A DNA stretch of 63,492 nucleotides, from the NCBI GenBank assembly GCA_043824495.1, contig JBDRSV010000001.1, forward strand, positions 1 through 63,492. The letters are read 5' to 3'. Below are positions 37,501 to 46,188 of this stretch, piece by piece. Within the stretch, counting starts at the first letter, position 1. Each line of letters starts with the position of its first letter. Made by a program: the position numbers and the translations under genes. The stretch is from Candidatus Aenigmatarchaeota archaeon. Its GTDB lineage: Archaea > Aenigmatarchaeota > Aenigmatarchaeia > QMZP01. Under the pieces are notes generated by a model. It ran no database searches, was not told the origin of the DNA, and was given only the letters and a program-made list of their open reading frames with translations.

Positions 37501-40500
37501 GCTCTTTTACAACCTGTCCATCTTCTCCTAGGTTTCCAGCTGCACTGTGATTAATTCCTCGACTGCCTTCCACTATAGCATCTAACAATGTTCCTGGAAT
37601 GCAAGGAGGGGTAGAGAAATCTTTCTGTACACAAAGTAATATGTCTCTGAGACCTGAGACACCAGAACGATTTACAATAGGAAGGTCTTGTATATTTGTG
37701 ATGTTAGAGAAAATATTACTCGATACCCAATTAAATCCAAATGTTGTTTTATTATAAGCATAAATTATATCAAATGTTGGTGGGTTCTTGTCAAGTAAAG
37801 CTATCTTAGGTTTAAATGAATATGATGTGTTTCCTCTTGTGTTATTTGCTGCTCCGCACACATAAACAAAATTACCTTCAGTGAAACGAGCTAAATCTGT
37901 GTAGGTCGTCCAAGGGAAAGTGTAGTCTTCATATTTTTTAGGACACTCTTCTGGCTGGCTACCGTTTTGGAATGTCATGAGCCTGTAACTTGTTGAATCG
38001 CATCCTGTCTCAGGATCTACACAAACTAATTGTATGTTATAATCGCTGTTGTTCCACTTATTTATCCATGATACTGGAAGTATGCTCAGTGTTATAAGAG
38101 GCCCAGTATCGTCAGGTGTTAGTCCACCACAGGTTGTTCCTGGTTCCACTGCATCACCAGCTTTTACACAAGCTTGATCACATTTACATGAAACGTTTCC
38201 TGTGTTGTAGCCACAAGTGATGAGGTCTTCTGGTGTTTTACAGATCTGAATTTCTTCTCCACATGTTTCTCCTGGTTGTACTATATCAGGAGAATTCAAG
38301 CAAGACGTTCCACATCTGCATATATCAGAACCTGTGTTATTTCCGCACGTTGGACAGAACTGAAGTATTCCTCCACATGTTCCTCCAGGTCCCGCAACTT
38401 GACCATCTTTCAGGCATGCATCACCACATTCACATGGAAAACCTAAATCATTTGTATCACAAGTTGAACAAGCAATAATTCCTCCACATGTAGGATCAGT
38501 GTCAGAAGGTGTTATGATGGACCATTCTGGTTTCTCGCATCCAGCAGGACATGTACAATCCACTGTAGCTCCAGCATCACAAGAGGTGCAAGGAGGCTCA
38601 TCTCCTGTGCATATCACACTAGTTGGATTGGCATCATTACAAATATCGCATGTTCTAAGAGCAATCCCAAGCGGATCAGAACACCCCCAAAGAACATCAC
38701 CTTGACACCATTGGTAAGAAGGGAGCTTATCTAAACAAGTATTAGATAACAGAGAACATGGATAATAACCTTTATCATCTGAATAACTTCCACCGGGACA
38801 TCTATTATTAATTAAACCTGTTGTGGAGTCGACACATCCAGGTTCACATGAAACGCATCCAAATGAGCATTTGTTCTGTCTAGCTGAGTCTCGGAAATTA
38901 TAAGTAGTAAGGCAAAAATCATCTTCTCCAACTATAAGAGACTGAATTTCATGTTGTCTCCAGTGCGCGGCACCGCCGGGTCTGCTTATTGGAGCATATC
39001 CAACAGAACGGATGTCAAGAACACCACTATCACAAACCACATTATTTTTTATATCTACGTCTGTTGGACCCATACCATTGTCTTCTTCGGAGCTAACCGC
39101 ATATTTACGATACTCTATTCCATAACCTTCAGAATTCCATATAGAATTTCCGCTTATTTCTAGCGTGTCCAATGTGGCGCGAATCGAGATTGGCGATATT
39201 CCTAAATTTTCATATAAATATCCTTCATCCAAATGATCTGAATAACTCCATCTAGTTGCAATTCCCCTCAAATTGTTCTCAAATCTATTTTCTATTATCT
39301 GGACATCTTCACACTCATATAAAAGAATTCCTGCATTCGCATTTTTTATTAAATTGCGTTCTATTACAGCTCCTTTACAATATGTACCATGAAAATCTTC
39401 AAGACCCCAGAACCCTATAGATGAAAGATATATACCCACACTAGATCCTCTTGCATCTATGTTACAATTAGTTATTTTATTGTCCCAACCAGCTATCCTG
39501 ACTGCGCTAGATTCCCCAGATGCTTTACATACAAGTCTTTCATCTTCGTTCCCAACTTGAATGCATACTTCAGGAGAAGCTGTTCCCGGTGTTCCAGTAG
39601 TCGATATAGTATAACCTTTACAGTCAAGTGTGACTTTATCTGTTTCCCATTTTATACACGTATCAGTAGAAGAACTTATGTTTCCAATCAATTCAATGAT
39701 TGTGTCAATGTCAGCATTATTAATCTTAGCTTCACATTCTTCACAAGAAGAACAAGCGTTTTTACATAATGTCCCAATTTCATAAGTCATTGAGAAATGT
39801 GAAGTGGTAGGGTCGTCCGTAATAACAGAGAAACATCCAGGATTTGGAAAAGTTTTTGTCACAACTCCTTGCGTGTTTGAGATTTCTGTTGATAGGGGAT
39901 GAACACATTCATTGTTCTCTTGGCAGCTGGTGTATATTACAATCTGTTTATTTGCTGGCAGGTTCTCAAAGGTGACGGTTTGGCCGTGATCCAGGCATAT
40001 ATTATTGTTGGCTGTGTTTGTGTTTGGCTTTCCGATTGTTTGATATGTCAAACTTCCCACAATGGTAGACGAGGACAATATTGTATCTCTGACATAACTT
40101 GGATTTCCGGAACTACAATCAATTTCAGCACCTGTTTCTGTTACTATATTTGTTTCATCTCCTGGTATGCTACAGGCAATAGAACCTTCATACACAACTT
40201 TAAATGAATTTTCAATAGGAACATTGGAAGCTAGGGCAAAACATGTGGGTACGTCAGAAGCTGAAAAATCATGATATTTTGGTTTGCCTCCAAGACCTGT
40301 GTCTACTACTTCTATAACATTTGTGCATGGGGATGCTACATCTGGGCAACCTATAAGAACAGAATTTGAACTACTTGTTTGAGTAAAATTAATTCTCTGA
40401 GGAATATGAATACATATATTATTTCCTCCAAGCAGACCTTCAGGATGGCCGCTGATATAAGGCAGATTTCCTATATTTCCTATTATCTGGTATTTTGTAC

Positions 40501-40648
40501 CAAAATCACCTTGAGATGTTGATTGCATCTCTTCTATAAAGAAGCCATTATCTCCACACGATAGTATTGTCTGAGCTTGCGGTGTTACCATGTTCATAGA
40601 AAAAGCTAACACAACCACTGTAACTAATACTAACAACCGCTTATTCAT
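34541..40648 (-). CDS. Giant surface protein: parallel beta-helix, Cys-rich repeats, Ig/FN3 modules, CDxxDN(N/D)C(N/D)G (MopE-like) repeats, C-terminal TM (family B)
   Basis: Signal peptide; 'VTLDCKGYTI' beta-helix start; 'CDNVDNNCNGLVDE', 'CGDGLDNDCDG'; TM followed by FKSKG tail. Confidence 0.8.
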   Translation of the reverse strand: MNKRLLVLVTVVVLAFSMNMVTPQAQTILSCGDNGFFIEEMQSTSQGDFGTKYQIIGNIGNLPYISGHPEGLLGGNNICIHIPQRINFTQTSSSNSVLIGCPDVASPCTNVIEVVDTGLGGKPKYHDFSASDVPTCFALASNVPIENSFKVVYEGSIACSIPGDETNIVTETGAEIDCSSGNPSYVRDTILSSSTIVGSLTYQTIGKPNTNTANNNICLDHGQTVTFENLPANKQIVIYTSCQENNECVHPLSTEISNTQGVVTKTFPNPGCFSVITDDPTTSHFSMTYEIGTLCKNACSSCEECEAKINNADIDTIIELIGNISSSTDTCIKWETDKVTLDCKGYTISTTGTPGTASPEVCIQVGNEDERLVCKASGESSAVRIAGWDNKITNCNIDARGSSVGIYLSSIGFWGLEDFHGTYCKGAVIERNLIKNANAGILLYECEDVQIIENRFENNLRGIATRWSYSDHLDEGYLYENLGISPISIRATLDTLEISGNSIWNSEGYGIEYRKYAVSSEEDNGMGPTDVDIKNNVVCDSGVLDIRSVGYAPISRPGGAAHWRQHEIQSLIVGEDDFCLTTYNFRDSARQNKCSFGCVSCEPGCVDSTTGLINNRCPGGSYSDDKGYYPCSLLSNTCLDKLPSYQWCQGDVLWGCSDPLGIALRTCDICNDANPTSVICTGDEPPCTSCDAGATVDCTCPAGCEKPEWSIITPSDTDPTCGGIIACSTCDTNDLGFPCECGDACLKDGQVAGPGGTCGGILQFCPTCGNNTGSDICRCGTSCLNSPDIVQPGETCGEEIQICKTPEDLITCGYNTGNVSCKCDQACVKAGDAVEPGTTCGGLTPDDTGPLITLSILPVSWINKWNNSDYNIQLVCVDPETGCDSTSYRLMTFQNGSQPEECPKKYEDYTFPWTTYTDLARFTEGNFVYVCGAANNTRGNTSYSFKPKIALLDKNPPTFDIIYAYNKTTFGFNWVSSNIFSNITNIQDLPIVNRSGVSGLRDILLCVQKDFSTPPCIPGTLLDAIVEGSRGINHSAAGNLGEDGQVVKELWRFQAYDKAPNPSPIQEYYVTIDKQKPNASITINNGEESTNSTIVSLKMIYDDWASGIANLACRYWNDGDTEPSTWSQCKEQIGCWSLVDGECGTGGSGGNGGDPVDAASPGSYVGSKISFETSVKKVHFKVQDRAGNTNGVEDGIRLDKDAPNSVMIGLGDTNESISEYDNDGVVHALGLTTNHTADTAACIINWGSGWSSEFAYTGVMSMSHNYSADSGPTDGVKTVYFTCRDYAGNWDTTPAYGSIAIDTTPPTTVNDAIAGNIYGGLAIINLQCFDGLSGCHNLSTFACSYDSQIESTCTSFATKTSISLSCLSENCQRTIRYYSIDRSGNREQTREVTINMDTRKPICTMTDLAEYTKSTSISLAWTASDPSGRGIGSYEIGYNLDDEAEWQTVVKTTTSHTFAATDGHKYSFSCTPINIIDERGSATNLVHTVVDATAPTISMTNLSEWKTDQFVVEWQGNDSVSGIECYDVEWSKDSTNWKYIVYEASGKTTQCTKDLTSATFGEYSTNFTDGQKYYFKTTAKDKAGNSKTTPVISTRVDLENPTCTMDELSTYTTNPVINLEWSGSDAASGVKDYDIEWSLDGILWRTVPGGSGTDQTQLIFTASNEGDYYFRCSVTDNVGRKTVSETIRKTTYDSTGPTIDASFVSNVKIGGEVDIVANVTDDISIKSVTFKLGTQTIQPVNKTEDGPTWLLRWLINDTQTIGSHSFTITAVDINNNPTNRTFSYNVVSCLGNETKTCGSSVGACNPGIIVCENNEWGVCEGEFGHGAEICDNVDNNCNGLVDEGILKSCGTDTGTCEKGIQVCFAGAWQACQDEVNPVTEVCGDGLDNDCDGSNDEACQCRDGQTQTCGTDIGACAKGTQSCVSGSWDPCSGEVGPRDEVCNEVDDDCDRETDEGLDCRDLDYLCNNEVQDLGEDGVDCGGDCPTMCPVDYSWVYMVAAGIIILVVLVLAVMSFKSKGTDMSWHELSKKWSKPKD

Positions 40649-40715
40649 TCAACTCAATTATATTTGGTTGTTTAGTTTTATAAGTAGTGCCCATCGTGTT
40701 AATTGGGCTTGCATG

Positions 40716-43103
40716 TTATCTATCAGCTGGTGTCCACTTACTTCTCACTTCAGACCATGTAAGCTCTTTACCTTGTGATTTGAAATAACCAACAAGTATT
40801 ATAAGAACAACAAAAATAGCTACTCCAGCCATTATAAGCAAGAACCAATATTCTTTTGGTTCACAGTCTAGAGGACATATGCCTCCACAATCTACGTCAT
40901 CTTCATTTGAATCCCATTTTCCATTTATGCATGTATTTTCAGCTGGTTTACATCCTTCATCTCTTTGTCCATTGCAGTTATCATCTAGATTATTATAACA
41001 TAGCTCTGAAGTAGCAGAGATTCCTCCTGCACAAGATCCCCAGGCACCGTTAACACATGTTTCAGTTCCTTCCTCACAAGCACCCACATGTGATCCACAT
41101 GCTCTCGTATCTCCGCTTATACAACAATGTAATCCTTCGTCTACACGACCATTACAATCATCATCTATATCATTACATGCCTCTGATGCAGGTAGTGCAT
41201 CATCAAAACAACCACAATACGTTGCCACAGCTGAAGATCCTCCACCAACATTGTCAGTTACACCATCACAATTATCATCTACGCCGTTACATGTCTCGTC
41301 TCTTGGTTCTGTTGTAGCAGAACATTCTGACCAAGAACCATTTAGACATATTTGAACTCCAGCTTCACAAGCTCCTATATTATTTCCACAAGGCTTTGTT
41401 TCATTGTCTTTACAATTACATGCTGGTAAACCATTGGAAACAACTTCGTCTATCTGACCGTCACAGTTATCATCTATATCGTTTGCGCACACTTCTGGAT
41501 TAACTCCAGGTCTAAGGGTATTATTACAAACTACAGCTGCACCATTTGAAGAGCACACATAGACTCCTTCACATGCACCCACACCACACTGATTTCCTAT
41601 GTTAGAACCAGGTTCTCTGAAATCTTCATCTGGTTCTCCGTCACAATCATCATCAACGCCGTTACACAATTCTTGACCATCTGGATTTATGTTTACATTA
41701 TTATCATTACAATCTAAATCTTGACAGAAACCGTCCCCATCAGCGTCTGTACATGTTCCAAATGTTTTTGTATCTGTCTCTATCACAGTTCCTGCAGGAT
41801 CAACAAGTTCTATGGTTAATTGGTGATCTCCTGATGATGGTGTTTTTAGATTAGCAAACCTTGTTAAACTTACCGGAACATTGTAACTTCTTGAAAATTC
41901 TTTAGAGGTTGTTGTAGCTGTTACAGTAACAGACGGGTCTGAAGCATTATATGTATAACCAAAATCAACACTTCCTCCACTTGTCTTTTCAGCTCTATAT
42001 TCTGGAGCTCCTACTTGCGTACAAACAAATGGAGGATCATCTGGACAAATATCTATAGGGGGTAATTCCCCAGCTTCATGTTTTACTGAGTAAGGACTAT
42101 TATAATTTGCGCTTCCCTGTATTTCATTTCCTGTTTTTTCCCATGTTTCTGTATGCGGAATTTTATACTTTGTGTAAGCACAAACTTTGGATCCTACAGG
42201 AGGCAGAAAATATATTTCATAAACAGATCCTGCGATATAATTTTTAATTTCGATATAACCTGCTGGTCCGTTAACTACAACATCAGAACCAATATTAAGA
42301 TAATTTCCATTTCTGAATATACCGCCTATCTCTTCATCATTATTGTATCTTGATCTCCCTGTTCCTTGCAAGCTTGTATCATCAAATGGTTCTAGATTTG
42401 TTTTCTTTCCGAAGCTTCCAGAAGCTTCCCATGTTCCTGGTGTTAGAGGCAGATAAACCCATCCATTTTTATCTGTTTGAGATCCTGCATAAGCATCATC
42501 ACCACAAGCAGCTAATATCGCCATATCAACTGTAGGAGCTGTTTTGGATGCAATTGTCCATACAGTATCTCCATTATTTCCTGTAGGTATATTATATGTA
42601 CCTGCATCGAGAACAAACTTCAATCCCGAATTCTCGTCATCAGGATTTGCATTAACTGTTACTGGATCATTTTGACTAAATGTAGCAGTCCATGGACAAA
42701 TTGGATTACCACATGACGGACACCCAGATCCGCTACAAGTTCCGTCTGCTCTAATTGAGAACGTTGTTGTTTGATCTGGATACTCTACCCACGTATTCTC
42801 TCCTTGACCTTTGATCTTGTATCCGAAATTTTCACTCTTATATTGATAATAAGTTTCATCGTGTAAATCAGCATCCAACGCTACTGTGGATTTCAAGACA
42901 TTTCCTATGTAAGCTTTCAGTATTGAATTTTTATCTAGAATAATATCATGAGTTATTGTAACAATGCCTTCCACCTGTTGTCCAGGCTGATAATCAGCTC
43001 CAGTTACTTGTAGATTTAGAGTCACTCCAGGTGTTTGCGCATTAGCTATTCCAACTGTAGCTAGAACAATCAAAACCATGAAGAAAATGATCCTTGCATG
43101 CAT
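40716..43103 (-). CDS. Surface protein with multiple MopE-like CNxxDD(D/N)C(D/N)G repeats and C-terminal TM (family B)
   Basis: Likely start MHARII at 43103 (track starts at 43151); at least six 'CNG(V/I)DDDCDG'-type repeats; TM followed by FKSQG tail. Confidence 0.8.
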   Translation of the reverse strand: MHARIIFFMVLIVLATVGIANAQTPGVTLNLQVTGADYQPGQQVEGIVTITHDIILDKNSILKAYIGNVLKSTVALDADLHDETYYQYKSENFGYKIKGQGENTWVEYPDQTTTFSIRADGTCSGSGCPSCGNPICPWTATFSQNDPVTVNANPDDENSGLKFVLDAGTYNIPTGNNGDTVWTIASKTAPTVDMAILAACGDDAYAGSQTDKNGWVYLPLTPGTWEASGSFGKKTNLEPFDDTSLQGTGRSRYNNDEEIGGIFRNGNYLNIGSDVVVNGPAGYIEIKNYIAGSVYEIYFLPPVGSKVCAYTKYKIPHTETWEKTGNEIQGSANYNSPYSVKHEAGELPPIDICPDDPPFVCTQVGAPEYRAEKTSGGSVDFGYTYNASDPSVTVTATTTSKEFSRSYNVPVSLTRFANLKTPSSGDHQLTIELVDPAGTVIETDTKTFGTCTDADGDGFCQDLDCNDNNVNINPDGQELCNGVDDDCDGEPDEDFREPGSNIGNQCGVGACEGVYVCSSNGAAVVCNNTLRPGVNPEVCANDIDDNCDGQIDEVVSNGLPACNCKDNETKPCGNNIGACEAGVQICLNGSWSECSATTEPRDETCNGVDDNCDGVTDNVGGGSSAVATYCGCFDDALPASEACNDIDDDCNGRVDEGLHCCISGDTRACGSHVGACEEGTETCVNGAWGSCAGGISATSELCYNNLDDNCNGQRDEGCKPAENTCINGKWDSNEDDVDCGGICPLDCEPKEYWFLLIMAGVAIFVVLIILVGYFKSQGKELTWSEVRSKWTPADR

Positions 43104-43143
43104 ATTATTTATTTGGTCGGGACTGTTAAAATATGTTGTTAAA

Positions 43144-46100
43144 TCAACCATTTGTTACTGCGCTAGGAACATAGTCTCCTAGAGCTGATCCGCCACTAGT
43201 ACCTGCGGCTGGGGCTCCTGCTGGTGCTGCGCTAGAAGTTGCAGCTCCTATTGCTCCTGGACCGAAGGCTAGAGATGTGCTTACGCCTACAAGACATCCT
43301 ACTCCCATTAACTTACCCCATTTTTCTGCTTCTACATCTGCATCCTGATAAGAATAATCAGCATTAAAGTTACTCCATAAGTCGTCCAGCTTATCGTTTT
43401 GTTCATCTATAGTAAGATGTACGCCATACGATCCACATGTCTCTTCAAATTTATCTCTTGTTTCTTCAACTCTTCTTACATGTTCATTGTATACATTATC
43501 GTTGTTATCAGGTCCTGTTCCAGCGTATATACAAGATGCTATTCCGGATAGTAAAGCTAGTGGACAGAAGAAATATGCTGCTAAAGGTTTAAACACGAAA
43601 GCGAAAATTGCACAACCAACTCCACAACTTATGGCCAAGTAAAAGAAGAATTTAGCTAGGTCGTCAAAGTGTGGATGCATTCTTTCCATTGTTACCTTCA
43701 AACCATCAAATTCATCAACTCTTTCCTGACAAGATTTAAGTTCGTCTATTTGTGTTCTTCTTACATTAAAATCATCCAGACGATTAAGAGTTTCTCTTTG
43801 ATTTCCTTGATCATAACTCACATCTACTGTGAGATTAAGAGAATGTCTACCAACACCTTCTGTACTATAGTTTATTGGAGGGAGTGTTATAGAACATCCA
43901 TACTGTTTGAAATCATTGATAGAATTGACTTCTAGTTCAGAACAGGAATCTTTTGAAAGTGTTCTTTGATATATTTCTACTGGAGCATAAGGAGTCTGAG
44001 GTCCTTCATCAGGATCGAAAATATAGAATCCTCCAATAAGTTCTAGATCATCTGGTAACACACCTTCTGGAGCATAAATAGCAACACCGAAATAGAATTC
44101 GTTTAGATTACATTTTCCATTTGCTGTTCTGATTATACAGCTTTGATCAGGAACATCTACTATTAAATTCATTTCAGTTGGGTCTACACAAGCATTACTA
44201 TCTTGTGTTCCTATACACTGCAAACCGTCTCCACATGGTATTTCCTCAAGCACACAACACTGCCCTTCTCCAGTATCGCTCTCGTCTATACCATTACCAC
44301 AGCTATTCTCTATATTGATTATAATTGGTGGTATGTCATCAGTGAAAGATCGAGTAACTGTTTGTCCTCTATCCCGGAATGATATGGAAAGGTCTATTGT
44401 GTTTGTTGTTAGCATAACTTGATCAGGAGAAACTAAATAGCTAGTCTTTTCAAGATTTATTGCAGGTATTTGGAGTTCATATGTAAGGAAAATATCATCT
44501 CCTACATCATCTCTTGTTCCAGGAACAGCCCTACAATCAAAACTATATTCAGGTTCATTGAAATTGCACGCTGTCTGTAAAGAGTTCCAATCAATTGTGT
44601 CTGGAATATTCTCTACTTTAACTTTAAACTCTGTTGACACAGGAACCGTAACAACCGGTTGATACGCAAAACCTCCTTCATATTGAACAGGTCCCATAAC
44701 TCTTGTTGTTGTTAGTTCTGCTTCTTCTAGAGATTCGACCTCAATGTTCAAATTATCTGCTTTACATCTATTGGTTCCTGCTGATCCGTCTATCCAGTCA
44801 CAATAATATTCTGAAGGACAGGCTACATCAATACAGCAATTGCTTGCTGTCTCTCCATATTCGGCCTGACTGTTTCCACATGTAGAACCAGAAACTTGTA
44901 TCAAGAAAGGATACTGTGTTTCTCTCAAATTTTCTGTTATTATAGCTGTTGGGTCCGAGAAAGAAGAATTGTAATATCTAATAGAAATATTGAATGTTGG
45001 TCTCAATGTATATGTTTTTGCTTGATCATGATCACTTATGTAGAATCTTAAGTAGCATGTGGAATTGTAAATACTTGTGCTAGAGCTTGCGGCTTCGCTA
45101 CAAGAGGCAACACTGCATGTCGCTGTACAAGTTTCTCCTGGTGTAGAACAAGCAATACTGCATAACTCGTTCTCAGCTGCTATCCAGCTAGCAGGTTTGT
45201 TACTTATCTGATAATTAAACTCTACTAGATCTCCTGTAAGAGAATCATGATGATCAAAGGATCGTGATGCTCCTTTGACAACCAAATCCGTGTCTTTTAC
45301 CAAAGCTTGACATGAACCCTGTAAATAATCTCCTGCATATCTATCATCCACTGATAAATCACAGAATTCTGTTGAGCTTGGGCAACTAGATTCATAACAA
45401 CAGTTTTCATTCCAATCCTGTTGATAATTACCATCACCACATGTTGCCGAAGTTAGTATTAGTGAGTGTGTACTCCCCTCGAGATTCTCTTTGTGTGAAA
45501 TACCTGCAGGCACATTATTGAAATCTATCTCCATTGTCAGAGTATTACCTTCAATTATAGCGCCTCCTTGTTGACAATTAGCTCCTAAAGACGGTATAGT
45601 CACATCACATGAATATTTTCTGTATTCTGATGTTTCTTCTTCCATAACACAAGATGTTAGAGGACGAGCTCCCACACCATTACCCAAATTAAGTTGTGGA
45701 TTATCTATGCTTTTCAATCCTCTAGGAGCAAAATCTATTTTGAAGTTAACTTTTGCTTCATGAGACACATCACATCTTTCGAATGATATAGGAGATATTG
45801 TAACAGCTGATAAATCTATTAGACTTCTAAGTCTACATTCAGCATTAGGATCACTCTCTGTTTCGAAATCACAATAATAATTCACAGAATCTGGACAACC
45901 ATTAGGATAACATTCATATTGTCCATTTACACTAGGCAACACGTTCTCAATAAACTTTGTTATCACCATTTCTATTATTTTAAAGAAATCTGCTAATAAA
46001 CTTGGTACAGCTATCATCAAACCGCTTATTACATCACCTGCTGTATTTGGGTTTTCTTTTTCTGTATTCGATTTTTCCGTGAGGGATGCTGTTGACTGTG

Positions 46101-46188
46101 CATACGACACGGGTAACATTAGGATTAAGTAAGTCACGAATATTACAACTCCAAATAATATTTTTTCTTTCATATGAATCATGAACAC
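43144..46188 (-). CDS. Cys-rich membrane/surface protein with internal TCG(D/N)....CC repeats and C-terminal hydrophobic helices
   Basis: N-terminal TM; 'TCGDG...ENCC', 'TCGNS...SNCC', 'SCGNG...GQCC'; two C-terminal hydrophobic segments. Confidence 0.7.
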   Translation of the reverse strand: MFMIHMKEKILFGVVIFVTYLILMLPVSYAQSTASLTEKSNTEKENPNTAGDVISGLMIAVPSLLADFFKIIEMVITKFIENVLPSVNGQYECYPNGCPDSVNYYCDFETESDPNAECRLRSLIDLSAVTISPISFERCDVSHEAKVNFKIDFAPRGLKSIDNPQLNLGNGVGARPLTSCVMEEETSEYRKYSCDVTIPSLGANCQQGGAIIEGNTLTMEIDFNNVPAGISHKENLEGSTHSLILTSATCGDGNYQQDWNENCCYESSCPSSTEFCDLSVDDRYAGDYLQGSCQALVKDTDLVVKGASRSFDHHDSLTGDLVEFNYQISNKPASWIAAENELCSIACSTPGETCTATCSVASCSEAASSSTSIYNSTCYLRFYISDHDQAKTYTLRPTFNISIRYYNSSFSDPTAIITENLRETQYPFLIQVSGSTCGNSQAEYGETASNCCIDVACPSEYYCDWIDGSAGTNRCKADNLNIEVESLEEAELTTTRVMGPVQYEGGFAYQPVVTVPVSTEFKVKVENIPDTIDWNSLQTACNFNEPEYSFDCRAVPGTRDDVGDDIFLTYELQIPAINLEKTSYLVSPDQVMLTTNTIDLSISFRDRGQTVTRSFTDDIPPIIINIENSCGNGIDESDTGEGQCCVLEEIPCGDGLQCIGTQDSNACVDPTEMNLIVDVPDQSCIIRTANGKCNLNEFYFGVAIYAPEGVLPDDLELIGGFYIFDPDEGPQTPYAPVEIYQRTLSKDSCSELEVNSINDFKQYGCSITLPPINYSTEGVGRHSLNLTVDVSYDQGNQRETLNRLDDFNVRRTQIDELKSCQERVDEFDGLKVTMERMHPHFDDLAKFFFYLAISCGVGCAIFAFVFKPLAAYFFCPLALLSGIASCIYAGTGPDNNDNVYNEHVRRVEETRDKFEETCGSYGVHLTIDEQNDKLDDLWSNFNADYSYQDADVEAEKWGKLMGVGCLVGVSTSLAFGPGAIGAATSSAAPAGAPAAGTSGGSALGDYVPSAVTNG

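Noticed and set aside
40689-40708. GCCCA...TGGGC hairpin between two surface genes
   Set aside because: Only 5 bp with a 10-nt loop; indistinguishable from chance.
34672-42535. His/Leu-rich plus-strand ORFs opposite the giant surface genes, and similar short antisense ORFs throughout the track
   Set aside because: Shadow frames of Asp/Gly/Cys-rich coding sequence with no domain motifs.
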